In this document: in pieces, positions 1 through 7,346 of the stretch
Layout: each line of letters opens with the position of its first letter
Numbering within the stretch: position 1 is the first letter of the stretch
NCBI RefSeq assembly: GCF_001619585.1
Contig: NZ_LQNT01000009.1
Coordinates: forward strand, 1,162,685 to 1,194,684
Length of the DNA stretch: 32,000 nucleotides
Origin: Bhargavaea cecembensis
Lineage (GTDB): Bacteria > Bacillota > Bacilli > Bacillales_A > Planococcaceae
Reading direction: 5' to 3'
Notes under the pieces: generated by a model
Databases searched by the model: none
Told to the model about the DNA's origin: nothing
Seen by the model: the letters and a program-made list of their open reading frames with translations, nothing else
Program-made: the position numbers and the translations under genes

Positions 1-282
1 AACCCCTGCATTGTTAACTACAATATCGATTTTGCCAACCTTCTTGACCATCTCTTCGACAACACTTTGCATCTGCTTTTGATCAGTCACATCTAATTGG
101 ACTGCGTAAGCTTTCCCTCCTTTACCTTCAATCTCATTGGCACCTGCTTCAACACCGTTCTTATTGATATCAGCCAGTACCACAGTTGCCCCCCGTTTGC
201 TGAGCTGGCGAGCGATGCTCATGCCGATTCCTTCCAAGGAACCCGCCCCTGTAATTAATGCGACTCTATTCTCGAAATCCAT
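1..282 (-). CDS. Short-chain dehydrogenase/reductase (SDR), N-terminal 94 codons; 3' end lies outside the window
   Basis: Minus-strand translation from ATG at 282 gives MDFENRVALITGAGSLEGIGMSIARQL...KIDIVVNNAGV. It has the TGxxxGxG Rossmann motif and the NNAG motif of classical SDRs. A GAGGAG SD lies upstream. The frame is open to position 1; it is missing from the ORF track because it is truncated. Confidence 0.8.
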   Translation of the reverse strand, partial: MDFENRVALITGAGSLEGIGMSIARQLSKRGATVVLADINKNGVEAGANEIEGKGGKAYAVQLDVTDQKQMQSVVEEMVKKVGKIDIVVNNAGV

Positions 283-307
283 GACTACACTCCTCATATA
301 CAGATGA

Positions 308-351
308 ACAATCAGAGAAGTTTCCGGACTGCCGGTCTCTTCTCTGATTGT
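308..351 (-). other. Intercistronic stem-loop between the transketolase C-subunit gene and the SDR gene
   Basis: Perfect 13-bp inverted repeat ACAATCAGAGAAG (308-320) / CTTCTCTGATTGT (339-351). The loop contains CCGG..CCGG. There is no U-tract on either strand, so it is not a classical intrinsic terminator. Confidence 0.5.
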
Positions 352-359
352 CATGCTTA

Positions 360-1346
360 TTAGTTGTTCAGCAGATCCTCCGCGACCATGGCAATTCCTT
401 TGCCGTCCAGCTTGTAATGCTGATACAGGTAAAAAGGCTTGCCGATCAGCGAATATTCGTCGTAGAAGCCGTGTCGCTTGAACTTGCAGTTCACACCGGA
501 TTCCATCAGCACTTCCGCCACCGCGCTGCCGAGGCCGCCCATGACATTATGCTCCTCGACGGTCAGGATCGCTCCCGTCTCACGTGCTGAATTCAGCACC
601 GCTTCCCTGTCCAATGGTTTAATAGTATGCATATCAATCACCCTGACTGAAATACCCTTGTCCTGAAGCTGTTCAGCCGCCTGAAGTGCTTCATGAACTT
701 CGATGCCACAGGCGATTATGGTCAAGTCGGAACCCTTACGCAGAATGTTTGCCTTGCCGATTCTATTTTGGACTTTGGCAGCGTCTTTTGTGTAAACCTG
801 TTCTTCACGTCCACGGCTGACACGGAAGTAGATCGGCCCTTCATAGGCCTTTACTGATTCCTCCACCATTTCCGCTATAGCAACACCGTCTGCTGGGGAG
901 ATGACCGTCATATTTGCCATTGACCGAGTAATGGCGATGTCCTCCGTTGCGTGGTGGGAAGAACCATAAAAGCCCATGGCAATTCCGGTATGTGTCCCGA
1001 TTAGACGGACATTCAAATTCGGATAAGCAACCGCTGTCCTGATATTTTCGGCGGCCAGAATGCCCAGGAACGATGCATACGTCGCGACAAACGGGATCTT
1101 CCCTGTGCTTGCCAACCCGGCGGCAGCCGTGACCATGTTTTTCTCAGCAATTCCGAAATTGAAGAAGCGGTCCGGATACTTTGCCCCAAAATCCCAGAGC
1201 CGTGTCGGTTTTCCGAGGTCCGCACAGAGTGCAACGATTTCGGGATGGTCGTCGCCGAGCTTGGCCAAGGTCTCCCCCGCGGTCAACTGCTTTGCCATTT
1301 CAGTACTTTTATATAGCTCCCATGTGTCTTTATGGAAAGTCGTCAT
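360..1346 (-). CDS. Transketolase, C-terminal (pyrimidine-binding) subunit of a split transketolase
   Basis: 328-aa ORF. It has the typical Pyr-domain and C-terminal-domain sequence (FFNFGIAEKNMV, GTHTGIAMG..GSSHHATEDIA, RVIDMHTIKPLD). The start is 1 nt after the stop of the N-terminal subunit gene. Confidence 0.9.
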   Translation of the reverse strand: MTTFHKDTWELYKSTEMAKQLTAGETLAKLGDDHPEIVALCADLGKPTRLWDFGAKYPDRFFNFGIAEKNMVTAAAGLASTGKIPFVATYASFLGILAAENIRTAVAYPNLNVRLIGTHTGIAMGFYGSSHHATEDIAITRSMANMTVISPADGVAIAEMVEESVKAYEGPIYFRVSRGREEQVYTKDAAKVQNRIGKANILRKGSDLTIIACGIEVHEALQAAEQLQDKGISVRVIDMHTIKPLDREAVLNSARETGAILTVEEHNVMGGLGSAVAEVLMESGVNCKFKRHGFYDEYSLIGKPFYLYQHYKLDGKGIAMVAEDLLNN

Positions 1347-1347
1347 C

Positions 1348-2193
1348 TCAGTTCATCTCCTTGATTTCATTAATGGCTCTGATCTTATCGTCTTCTCCTA
1401 GATTGGCAACGTGCCACTCATAACCGTTTTCCATGAATGAGACGCCTTTTCCGGCAACGGTATCAGCGATGATCACTGTCGGCACATCCGTATCGGGTGA
1501 AGGCAAGTTCTCGAATGTCCTTATCAGCGCCTCGATATCATGGCCGTCCACATCGATAACGTTCCAGCCGAAGCTTTCCCATTTGTCGCGGATCGGTTCG
1601 ATGCTCATATTCTCAGCTGTTACCCCATCCACGGTGACTTTGTTGTTATCGACGATAGCCACCAAGTTCCCCAACTTAAAGTTAGGCGCGCTCATTGCCG
1701 CTTCCCATACTTGCCCCTCTTGAAGCTCGCCGTCTCCCATGAGGATATATGTCCGATAATCAAGATTGTCGAGACGAGCGGCAAGTGCCATTCCCACTCC
1801 GACTGACAAACCGTGCCCAATAGAACCGGAGCTAAAGTCGATTCCCTTTATTTTGTTCATGTCCGGGTGGTCGCCGAACGCACTGCCAACTTCGGTGTAC
1901 GTGTCCAGCTCTTCCTTGGGGAAGAAACCGACATCTGCCAGAAGCGGGTATACCCCGACAGCTGAATGTCCTTTCCCCATGACAAACCGGTCCCTATTCT
2001 TCCACTTCGGATTGTTTGGATCATAGCGGAGCACGTGATAGTAAAGAGTTGCAAATATTTCTGAGCACGAGAACGACGATCCATAGTGCCCGCTCTTTGC
2101 GAGTGAGATTAGACGGATTGTTTCCAGTCGAGACAGTTTTGCTTTTTCTTTGATCAAGTTGACCTTTACTTGGCTGGCAGTAAGATTGACCAT
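1348..2193 (-). CDS. Transketolase, N-terminal (thiamine-diphosphate-binding) subunit
   Basis: 281-aa ORF with the TPP-binding signature (GHYGSSFS, GSIGHGLSVGVGMA, GDGELQEGQVWEA, NN). A GGAGG SD lies before the ATG at 2193. Confidence 0.9.
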   Translation of the reverse strand: MVNLTASQVKVNLIKEKAKLSRLETIRLISLAKSGHYGSSFSCSEIFATLYYHVLRYDPNNPKWKNRDRFVMGKGHSAVGVYPLLADVGFFPKEELDTYTEVGSAFGDHPDMNKIKGIDFSSGSIGHGLSVGVGMALAARLDNLDYRTYILMGDGELQEGQVWEAAMSAPNFKLGNLVAIVDNNKVTVDGVTAENMSIEPIRDKWESFGWNVIDVDGHDIEALIRTFENLPSPDTDVPTVIIADTVAGKGVSFMENGYEWHVANLGEDDKIRAINEIKEMN

Positions 2194-2218
2194 TTGAATC
2201 CTCCCTTTGAGGTTATTA

Positions 2219-2234
2219 GGTTAAACGTTTAACC
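2219..2234. promoter_or_regulatory. Candidate LacI-family operator (O1), perfect 16-bp palindrome
   Basis: GGTTAAACGTTTAACC is its own reverse complement and has the central CG typical of LacI/GalR operators. It lies between the predicted -10 (2251-2256) and the transketolase start (2193). Confidence 0.6.
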
Positions 2235-2250
2235 TCTTTTCTTAGTTCCA

Positions 2251-2279
2251 ATATTATCTTGTAAGCGTTTTACAGTCAA
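2251..2279 (-). promoter_or_regulatory. Predicted sigmaA promoter of the transketolase-SDR operon
   Basis: On the minus strand: TTGACT (2274-2279), 17-nt spacer, TAATAT (2251-2256). The spacer contains TGTAAAACGCTTACA, an imperfect LacI/cre-like dyad. Confidence 0.55.
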
Positions 2280-2334
2280 TAGTTTTTAGAAAATTTATTC
2301 TTTATTCACGGTTTTCATAGATTTTCATGCTTAA

Positions 2335-2363
2335 TTGAATATCCATGTTGGAAGGGATAGAAT
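2335..2363 (+). promoter_or_regulatory. Predicted sigmaA promoter of the LacI-family regulator gene
   Basis: TTGAAT (2335-2340), 17-nt spacer, TAGAAT (2358-2363). Confidence 0.5.
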
Positions 2364-2370
2364 ATTATCA

Positions 2371-2386
2371 AGTTAACGGTTTAACC
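2371..2386. promoter_or_regulatory. Second candidate LacI-family operator (O2), at the predicted regulator transcription start
   Basis: AGTTAACGGTTTAACC matches O1 (GGTTAAACGTTTAACC) at 13 of 16 positions. It sits immediately downstream of the predicted -10, which suggests autoregulation. Confidence 0.45.
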
Positions 2387-2401
2387 AAGGGGGGATCAAT
2401 C

Positions 2402-3400
2402 GTGAAGATAACCATGAAGGAGATTGCGAAAGAAGCTAATGTATCAGTGGCGACCGTTTCCCACGTGATCAATGGCACTAAACAGATATCAAAAGAAACC
2501 CATTCCAGGGTAATGGGGGTGGTAAGGAAATATAATTACATGCCGAATCAGGCTGCAAAAACATTGAAACGGCAAAAAACAATGACCGCTGCGCTTGTCG
2601 TCTCAAGTTTACCGGATACATTTGTTTCCGAATTAACTTACGGAGTGGAAGAACGAGCCAGGGAGATGGGTTATCATCTGATGCTCGTGAACACAAATGA
2701 GAATGTCCCATATGAAAAAGAGACCATTAATGTACTCCATTCGAATATGGTGGATGGGATCATCCTTTCCCCAACTTCAAGCGACCTTGAGTACCTAAAT
2801 GAATTTACGGAGGCAGGCTTTCCAATTGTCCTAGTCAACCGATACCATCCTGTCGTTAAGAACACTCCTAGAGTGACGGGAGATAACTATCAAACCGGCT
2901 ATGATGCAACTCTTCACCTTCTGGAACATGGCCATCGGGACATCGGGATCATTTATGGTGTTCCTGATGTTTCCACAACTAACGATCGGATTCGCGGTTA
3001 CCGAGACGCATTGGAAGCTTATGGGATACCGTTCAATGAGGATTACTTAGAGTTGGGAGCAGCTACGAAAAAAGGCGCTGCGACTGCAGCCGAAAAACTA
3101 TTAACCAGAAGCCGGAAAATTTCCGCCTTGTTTATCTTGAATGACTTGATGACTATCGGGACAATTTCCAAATTGAAAGAAATGAACCTCCTTATACCAG
3201 ATGACGTGGCCATTATCGGCTTTGGTGACTTCCCCTCTGCAGAAATCATCGACCCGCCAGTCACAAATATCATCCAGCCACCCGAGCAGATTGGCAGGAT
3301 TGCGTTTGACATCCTGCTCGATAAGATTGAAAATCCGGAAAGCGTCAAGCATGTAGAATTACCTGCTAATCTGGTCATCCGAAAATCATGTGGATGTTAA
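2402..3400 (+). CDS. LacI/GalR-family transcriptional regulator
   Basis: The N-terminal HTH (MKEIAKEANVSVATVSHVINGT) is followed by a periplasmic-binding-protein-like sugar-binding fold. The track ORF starts at 2345. I prefer GTG at 2402, which has an AAGGGGGG SD 8 nt upstream; ATG at 2414 is the alternative. Confidence 0.85.
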   Translation: MKITMKEIAKEANVSVATVSHVINGTKQISKETHSRVMGVVRKYNYMPNQAAKTLKRQKTMTAALVVSSLPDTFVSELTYGVEERAREMGYHLMLVNTNENVPYEKETINVLHSNMVDGIILSPTSSDLEYLNEFTEAGFPIVLVNRYHPVVKNTPRVTGDNYQTGYDATLHLLEHGHRDIGIIYGVPDVSTTNDRIRGYRDALEAYGIPFNEDYLELGAATKKGAATAAEKLLTRSRKISALFILNDLMTIGTISKLKEMNLLIPDDVAIIGFGDFPSAEIIDPPVTNIIQPPEQIGRIAFDILLDKIENPESVKHVELPANLVIRKSCGC

Positions 3401-3408
3401 ATGAAATT

Positions 3409-3449
3409 AAAAAGCTGCAGGAAAGCATGAAGCTTTCTTGCAGCTTTTT
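3409..3449. terminator. Bidirectional intrinsic terminator between the convergent lacI-family gene and nrdF
   Basis: AAAAAGCTGCAGGAAAGC-atgaa-GCTTTCTTGCAGCTTTTTG. The stem is 14 bp with one G-T pair, and A/T tracts flank both sides. Confidence 0.8.
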
Positions 3450-3452
3450 GAT

Positions 3453-4505
3453 TTATAAGTCATCGAAGCCGTTCAGGTCACTTGTCTTCGTATACTGCCT
3501 GGAAGTCTGCTCGAAAAAGTCCGTTTTTGTATCATCAAAACTGTCGACATAGGCACGGATCCATTTCATCGGATTGTCCGAGTGTTCCGGATAAATCTCA
3601 GACAGACCGAGCATCCGCAGCATTTTATTCGCCCGGTATTTAATATAGCCTTCCATCTCCACCAGGTCGATGCCGTCCACGCCGTCCAGCACGTAGCGGC
3701 TCCATAGTGTTTCCTGCTCGACCGAATGACGGTATGCGTCGTAAATCCATTCTGTGAACTCCGGCGTGTTCAGCTCCGGGTTCTCCCCCATCGCCGCACG
3801 GAATACATCGCTCATCGCTTTTCCGTGTTCGAGCTCGTCGCGGTTGATGTAGCTGATCATCGTCGACGTTCCGACCATCTTCCCGTTGCGCGCGAGATTA
3901 TAGAAGAACGCGAAGCCGGAATAAAAGAACAGGCCTTCCAGAAGTGTTGTGTACACCATCGCCTTGAGCGCATTTTCAGTGGTCGGATTGGTTGCGAAAT
4001 CATTGTAGACTTCGGCGATCCGCTCGTTTCGCTTCAGAAGGACCGGATCTTGCCGCCCGGTTTCAAAGGATTTAACCTGGTTATCGAACGTCGTGACCGA
4101 GCTTAGGACGTATGCGTAGCTGTGGTTGTGCTCGCTTTCCTGATCGGCGATTGTCGCGAAAAGGGATTTGACGGAAGGGTCCGTCACGTAGTGGGCAAGC
4201 TTTGCCGCAACGTCCGTCTGAGGACCGTCCAGCGTCGCAAGCAGACCGATGATTTTCAGGAACGCATCCCGTTCGGCCTGAGGGAGGTTGGGAAATTGCT
4301 TCACGTCCTGTGTCAGGTCGACCTCGTTGGCGGTCCAGAACAAGGATCGGATCCGCTGGCGGAGCTTATAGAAATGAGGATATTTCAGATCGTTCCAGTT
4401 TAAAATGCCGCTTGCCTCCCCGCCGAAGATAGCAGTCGCCCGGTTCGGATTGACCGGGTCCAGCACCTTTACGCGGGTGAGCAGCTCTGTGGTTTGAGTT
4501 GTCAT
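3453..4505 (-). CDS. nrdF: Ribonucleotide reductase class I beta subunit (R2)
   Basis: 350 aa starting from MTTQTTELL at 4505, with an AAAGGGG SD. The ferritin-like ligand set is present: D in LATLDG, ESEH, E in LLEGLFF, ELEH. The radical Tyr is present in EHNHSY. The 440-aa track ORF is an upstream in-frame extension that would overlap the flavodoxin gene. Confidence 0.9.
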   Translation of the reverse strand: MTTQTTELLTRVKVLDPVNPNRATAIFGGEASGILNWNDLKYPHFYKLRQRIRSLFWTANEVDLTQDVKQFPNLPQAERDAFLKIIGLLATLDGPQTDVAAKLAHYVTDPSVKSLFATIADQESEHNHSYAYVLSSVTTFDNQVKSFETGRQDPVLLKRNERIAEVYNDFATNPTTENALKAMVYTTLLEGLFFYSGFAFFYNLARNGKMVGTSTMISYINRDELEHGKAMSDVFRAAMGENPELNTPEFTEWIYDAYRHSVEQETLWSRYVLDGVDGIDLVEMEGYIKYRANKMLRMLGLSEIYPEHSDNPMKWIRAYVDSFDDTKTDFFEQTSRQYTKTSDLNGFDDL

Positions 4506-4572
4506 GGATAGTGGCCCCTTTCTTATATTAGGGTGATAAAAGATGGTGACAGACCTCAGGTCGAGCGAGCGT

Positions 4573-5025
4573 TCAATAGGGTACCCGGTCATAAGCTTTG
4601 GCACCCAGCCGCTCCGCGACATGATCAGTCCATTCCCGAACGGCCGCTTCCTGCCCGCCACGGGGACTCTGTTCGATCTTGAGCGCAGGCATCGAGGATT
4701 CGTAAAAGCGGGCCAGTTTAACTGCGGCCCTGCAGAAAAGCGCATCGCCCCCGAACTGGGTGTCGCCGGTACCAAAGATGAACGTATTCTCAGGCTTGTA
4801 GCCGACGTCCAAGATGAAATTCTTCACTTCCTCGGGAACGCTTCCCTCTGCCCAGGTGAATGAACCTAATATTAGCGCGTCATATTCAGAAACATCAGGT
4901 ACAGGCTCACCGCCGATCCAGTGGAAGCCGACGGCATGGCCTGCCTCCTCAAGGAAATCTGCGATGAGCTCCGCCGCTTCTTTCGTGTTGCCGCTATAGG
5001 TGGCGTAGGTGATCAGGATGTTCAT
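4573..5025 (-). CDS. Short-chain flavodoxin (YkuN/YkuP-like)
   Basis: 150 aa. The FMN phosphate loop is ITYATYSGNTKE, the 50s loop is GSFTWAEGSVP and the 90s loop is FGTGDTQFGG. A GGAGGGG SD lies 6 nt before the ATG at 5025. It does not carry the NrdI-type motifs. Confidence 0.85.
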   Translation of the reverse strand: MNILITYATYSGNTKEAAELIADFLEEAGHAVGFHWIGGEPVPDVSEYDALILGSFTWAEGSVPEEVKNFILDVGYKPENTFIFGTGDTQFGGDALFCRAAVKLARFYESSMPALKIEQSPRGGQEAAVREWTDHVAERLGAKAYDRVPY

Positions 5026-5057
5026 CGGCTGCCCCTCCTCTGACTAAGCGATGGTTT

Positions 5058-5120
5058 GCTTTACTTTCACGGGTACTTGCTTAACATTCGCGGGCGTTCG
5101 CTTAACATTCGCCTCCAGCC
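5058..5120. repeat. Three tandem 21-bp units in the nrdE-flavodoxin spacer
   Basis: Units start at 5058, 5079 and 5100: GCTTTACTTTCAC.., GCTTAACATTCGC.., GCTTAACATTCGC... The spacing is exactly 21 bp. Confidence 0.75.
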
Positions 5121-5121
5121 C

Positions 5122-7323
5122 TTATGACTGGCACCATTCACACTCCTCCACGTCGCTTGCGGTCGAGCGTGTGTAGTAGGTCGTCTTCAGGCCTGATTTC
5201 CAAGCTTGAAGATGGAGGTCCAACAGTACACTTGCCCGGATCGTGTTGGGAACGTAGAGATTAAATGAGATCGACTGGTCGATGTGACGCTGGCGGGCGG
5301 CGTTTTGCCGAACGCTCCAGCGCTGGTCGACGATATAGGCGGAACGGCGGTAGACGTCGTAGGTCCGGTGATCGAGGTCTGGCGCCACGACCGGGAGTTT
5401 ATAGTCTTTTTTCTCCTCATGGTAAAACGGTTTAAAGACGGGGTCGATCGATGCGGTGGAGCCCGCAATGACGGATGTCGAGGAGTTCGGGGCGACGGCC
5501 ATCATATAACCGTTTCGGACGCCATTCCGTCCGACTTCCTCCCGGAGCGACTCCCATCGGTCCCCTTTATATCCGCGGCGTTCGAAGTACGTTCCGGTCT
5601 GCCAGTCCGACCCGGAGCAAAGCGGATACGCGCCCTTCTCCCCGGCCAGCTTCGCGGATGCACGGATTGTGTGGTAGGCGATGTCTTCATATAATTTGTC
5701 GGCGAATTCAACAGCCTCCTCCGACTCCCACTGGATGTTGTTCTGTGCGAGCAGGTGGTGCCAGCCAAACGTGCCGAGGCCGATGCCGCGGTAACGCCGG
5801 TTCGTCTCCTGTGCCTGGAGGACAGGGATCTGATTCAGGTCAATGACGTTATCGAGCATGCGGACCTGAATGTCGATCAGCCTTCCGAGCACGCCCGCCG
5901 GCACCGCCTTCCCCAGATTGATCGACGACAGATTGCATACCACAAAGTCGCCCGGCGTGCGCCGGCTGACGATGACGCCGTCTTCCAGCACCTCCTGTGA
6001 CGCGGTCGTTGCGCTCATGTTCTGCGCGATTTCCGAGCACAGATTGGACGAGTAGATGAGGCCCTCATGCTTGTTCGGGTTCATCCGGTTCACCTCGTCC
6101 CGGTAAAACATGAACGGCACGCCCGTCTCGAGCTGGCTGCGCATGATTCGCTTCATGATGTCAATCGCAGGCACCGTTTCGGAATGGATCTCCGGATGCG
6201 CGACGCATTCGGCATACCGCTCGCGGAATGAGCCGGAACCGAACGATTCATCATAAAAGTCCTCGAGTGACCAGCCCATCACGGTGCGCACTTCATGCGG
6301 GTCGAACAGGTGCCAGTCGCCCCGTGCCTCGACCTGTTCCATGAAGAGATCCGGCAGGCAGACACCGGTGAAGATGTCGTGTGCGCGAAGGCGCTCGTCC
6401 CCGTTGTTCAGTTTGAGGTCAAGGAACGTGAGGATGTCCTTGTGCCAGACATCCAGGTAGACGGCTACCGCTCCCTGGCGCTGGCCAAGCTGGTCGACAG
6501 AGACGGCGGTATTGTTCAGCTGCTTAATCCACGGAAGAACACCGCTGGACGCGCCCTTGAAGCCGCGGATTGCGGCACCGCGGGAGCGGACCTTCCCCAT
6601 GTAGACGCCGATGCCGCCGCCGTATTTGGACAGATTTGCGATGTCGGTGTTCGAGTCGTAGATGCCCTGAAGCGAATCATCAACGGTGTCGATAAAGCAG
6701 GACGACAGCTGGCCGTGCGGTTTCCCGGCATTCGCAAGCGTCGGCGTCGCTACGGTCATGTACAGGTTCGAAAGCGCCCAGTACGCTTCCTTGATTTTCA
6801 CAAGGCGGTCTTCTGTTTCATTTCTCATCAGGGTCATGGCAATCACGAGCCAGCGCTCCTGTGGCAGCTCGACCGGCTTTTTATTGAAATCGGTCGCCAC
6901 GTATCGGTCCGTGAGCGTCTTCAGGCCGGTGTATGTAAACAGCAGGTCGCGTGACGGATCGAGGAATGTTCCGATTTCCTGGAGTTCATTCGCAGTGTAG
7001 TGCTCGGTAAGCGCGGTTGTATAGAAGCCGGCTTCGACCTGAGTGCGTACGTGGCGGGCAAAGTCACCATAGACGTCAGCAGTATCGCGGCGCTCCTGTT
7101 GATCGCGGTACAGCTCGCCCAGCAAAATGCGCGCTGCGACATCCGTCCAATATGTTTCCGTCTCATCCACCCGGCCAAGCGCCTCTCGGATGAGGTGCTG
7201 AGGGAGGGACGGCCCGCTGAAGTCTTCGGCAGTGCGGCGGAGCGGGGCGATTTTTTCCGGCGTGAATTCCTGTTCAAGTGCGGAGATGATGGAGAACTGA
7301 TCTGTCGGTTTGGTGGTGACCAT
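5122..7323 (-). CDS. nrdE: Ribonucleotide reductase class I alpha subunit (R1), no ATP-cone
   Basis: 733 aa. RNR large-subunit motifs are present (TPTLANAG, SSCF, GGGIG, QLGQRQGA, SNLCSEI, APNSSTS). The C-terminal redox pair is CEWC (CxxC, as in NrdE). An AAGGAGG SD lies 7 nt before the ATG at 7323. The subclass assignment (Ib versus Ia-like) is uncertain. Confidence 0.9.
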   Translation of the reverse strand: MVTTKPTDQFSIISALEQEFTPEKIAPLRRTAEDFSGPSLPQHLIREALGRVDETETYWTDVAARILLGELYRDQQERRDTADVYGDFARHVRTQVEAGFYTTALTEHYTANELQEIGTFLDPSRDLLFTYTGLKTLTDRYVATDFNKKPVELPQERWLVIAMTLMRNETEDRLVKIKEAYWALSNLYMTVATPTLANAGKPHGQLSSCFIDTVDDSLQGIYDSNTDIANLSKYGGGIGVYMGKVRSRGAAIRGFKGASSGVLPWIKQLNNTAVSVDQLGQRQGAVAVYLDVWHKDILTFLDLKLNNGDERLRAHDIFTGVCLPDLFMEQVEARGDWHLFDPHEVRTVMGWSLEDFYDESFGSGSFRERYAECVAHPEIHSETVPAIDIMKRIMRSQLETGVPFMFYRDEVNRMNPNKHEGLIYSSNLCSEIAQNMSATTASQEVLEDGVIVSRRTPGDFVVCNLSSINLGKAVPAGVLGRLIDIQVRMLDNVIDLNQIPVLQAQETNRRYRGIGLGTFGWHHLLAQNNIQWESEEAVEFADKLYEDIAYHTIRASAKLAGEKGAYPLCSGSDWQTGTYFERRGYKGDRWESLREEVGRNGVRNGYMMAVAPNSSTSVIAGSTASIDPVFKPFYHEEKKDYKLPVVAPDLDHRTYDVYRRSAYIVDQRWSVRQNAARQRHIDQSISFNLYVPNTIRASVLLDLHLQAWKSGLKTTYYTRSTASDVEECEWCQS

Positions 7324-7346
7324 GGATATTCCTCCTTAATAGTTGT

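Noticed and set aside
2259-2273. CcpA cre sites at 2259-2273 (TGTAAGCGTTTTACA) and 28307-28321 (TGAAAGCGGTTTACA on the minus strand)
   Set aside because: Both are one nucleotide out of register with the TGWAANCGNTNWCA consensus. They may be cre-like or local LacI/ROK-related dyads, but I cannot support a CcpA call by eye.
4506-4775. The 90-codon N-terminal extension of nrdF in the 440-aa track ORF
   Set aside because: The extension overlaps the flavodoxin gene in another frame and has no RNR homology. The internal Met at 4505 has a proper SD and gives a normal 350-aa R2.
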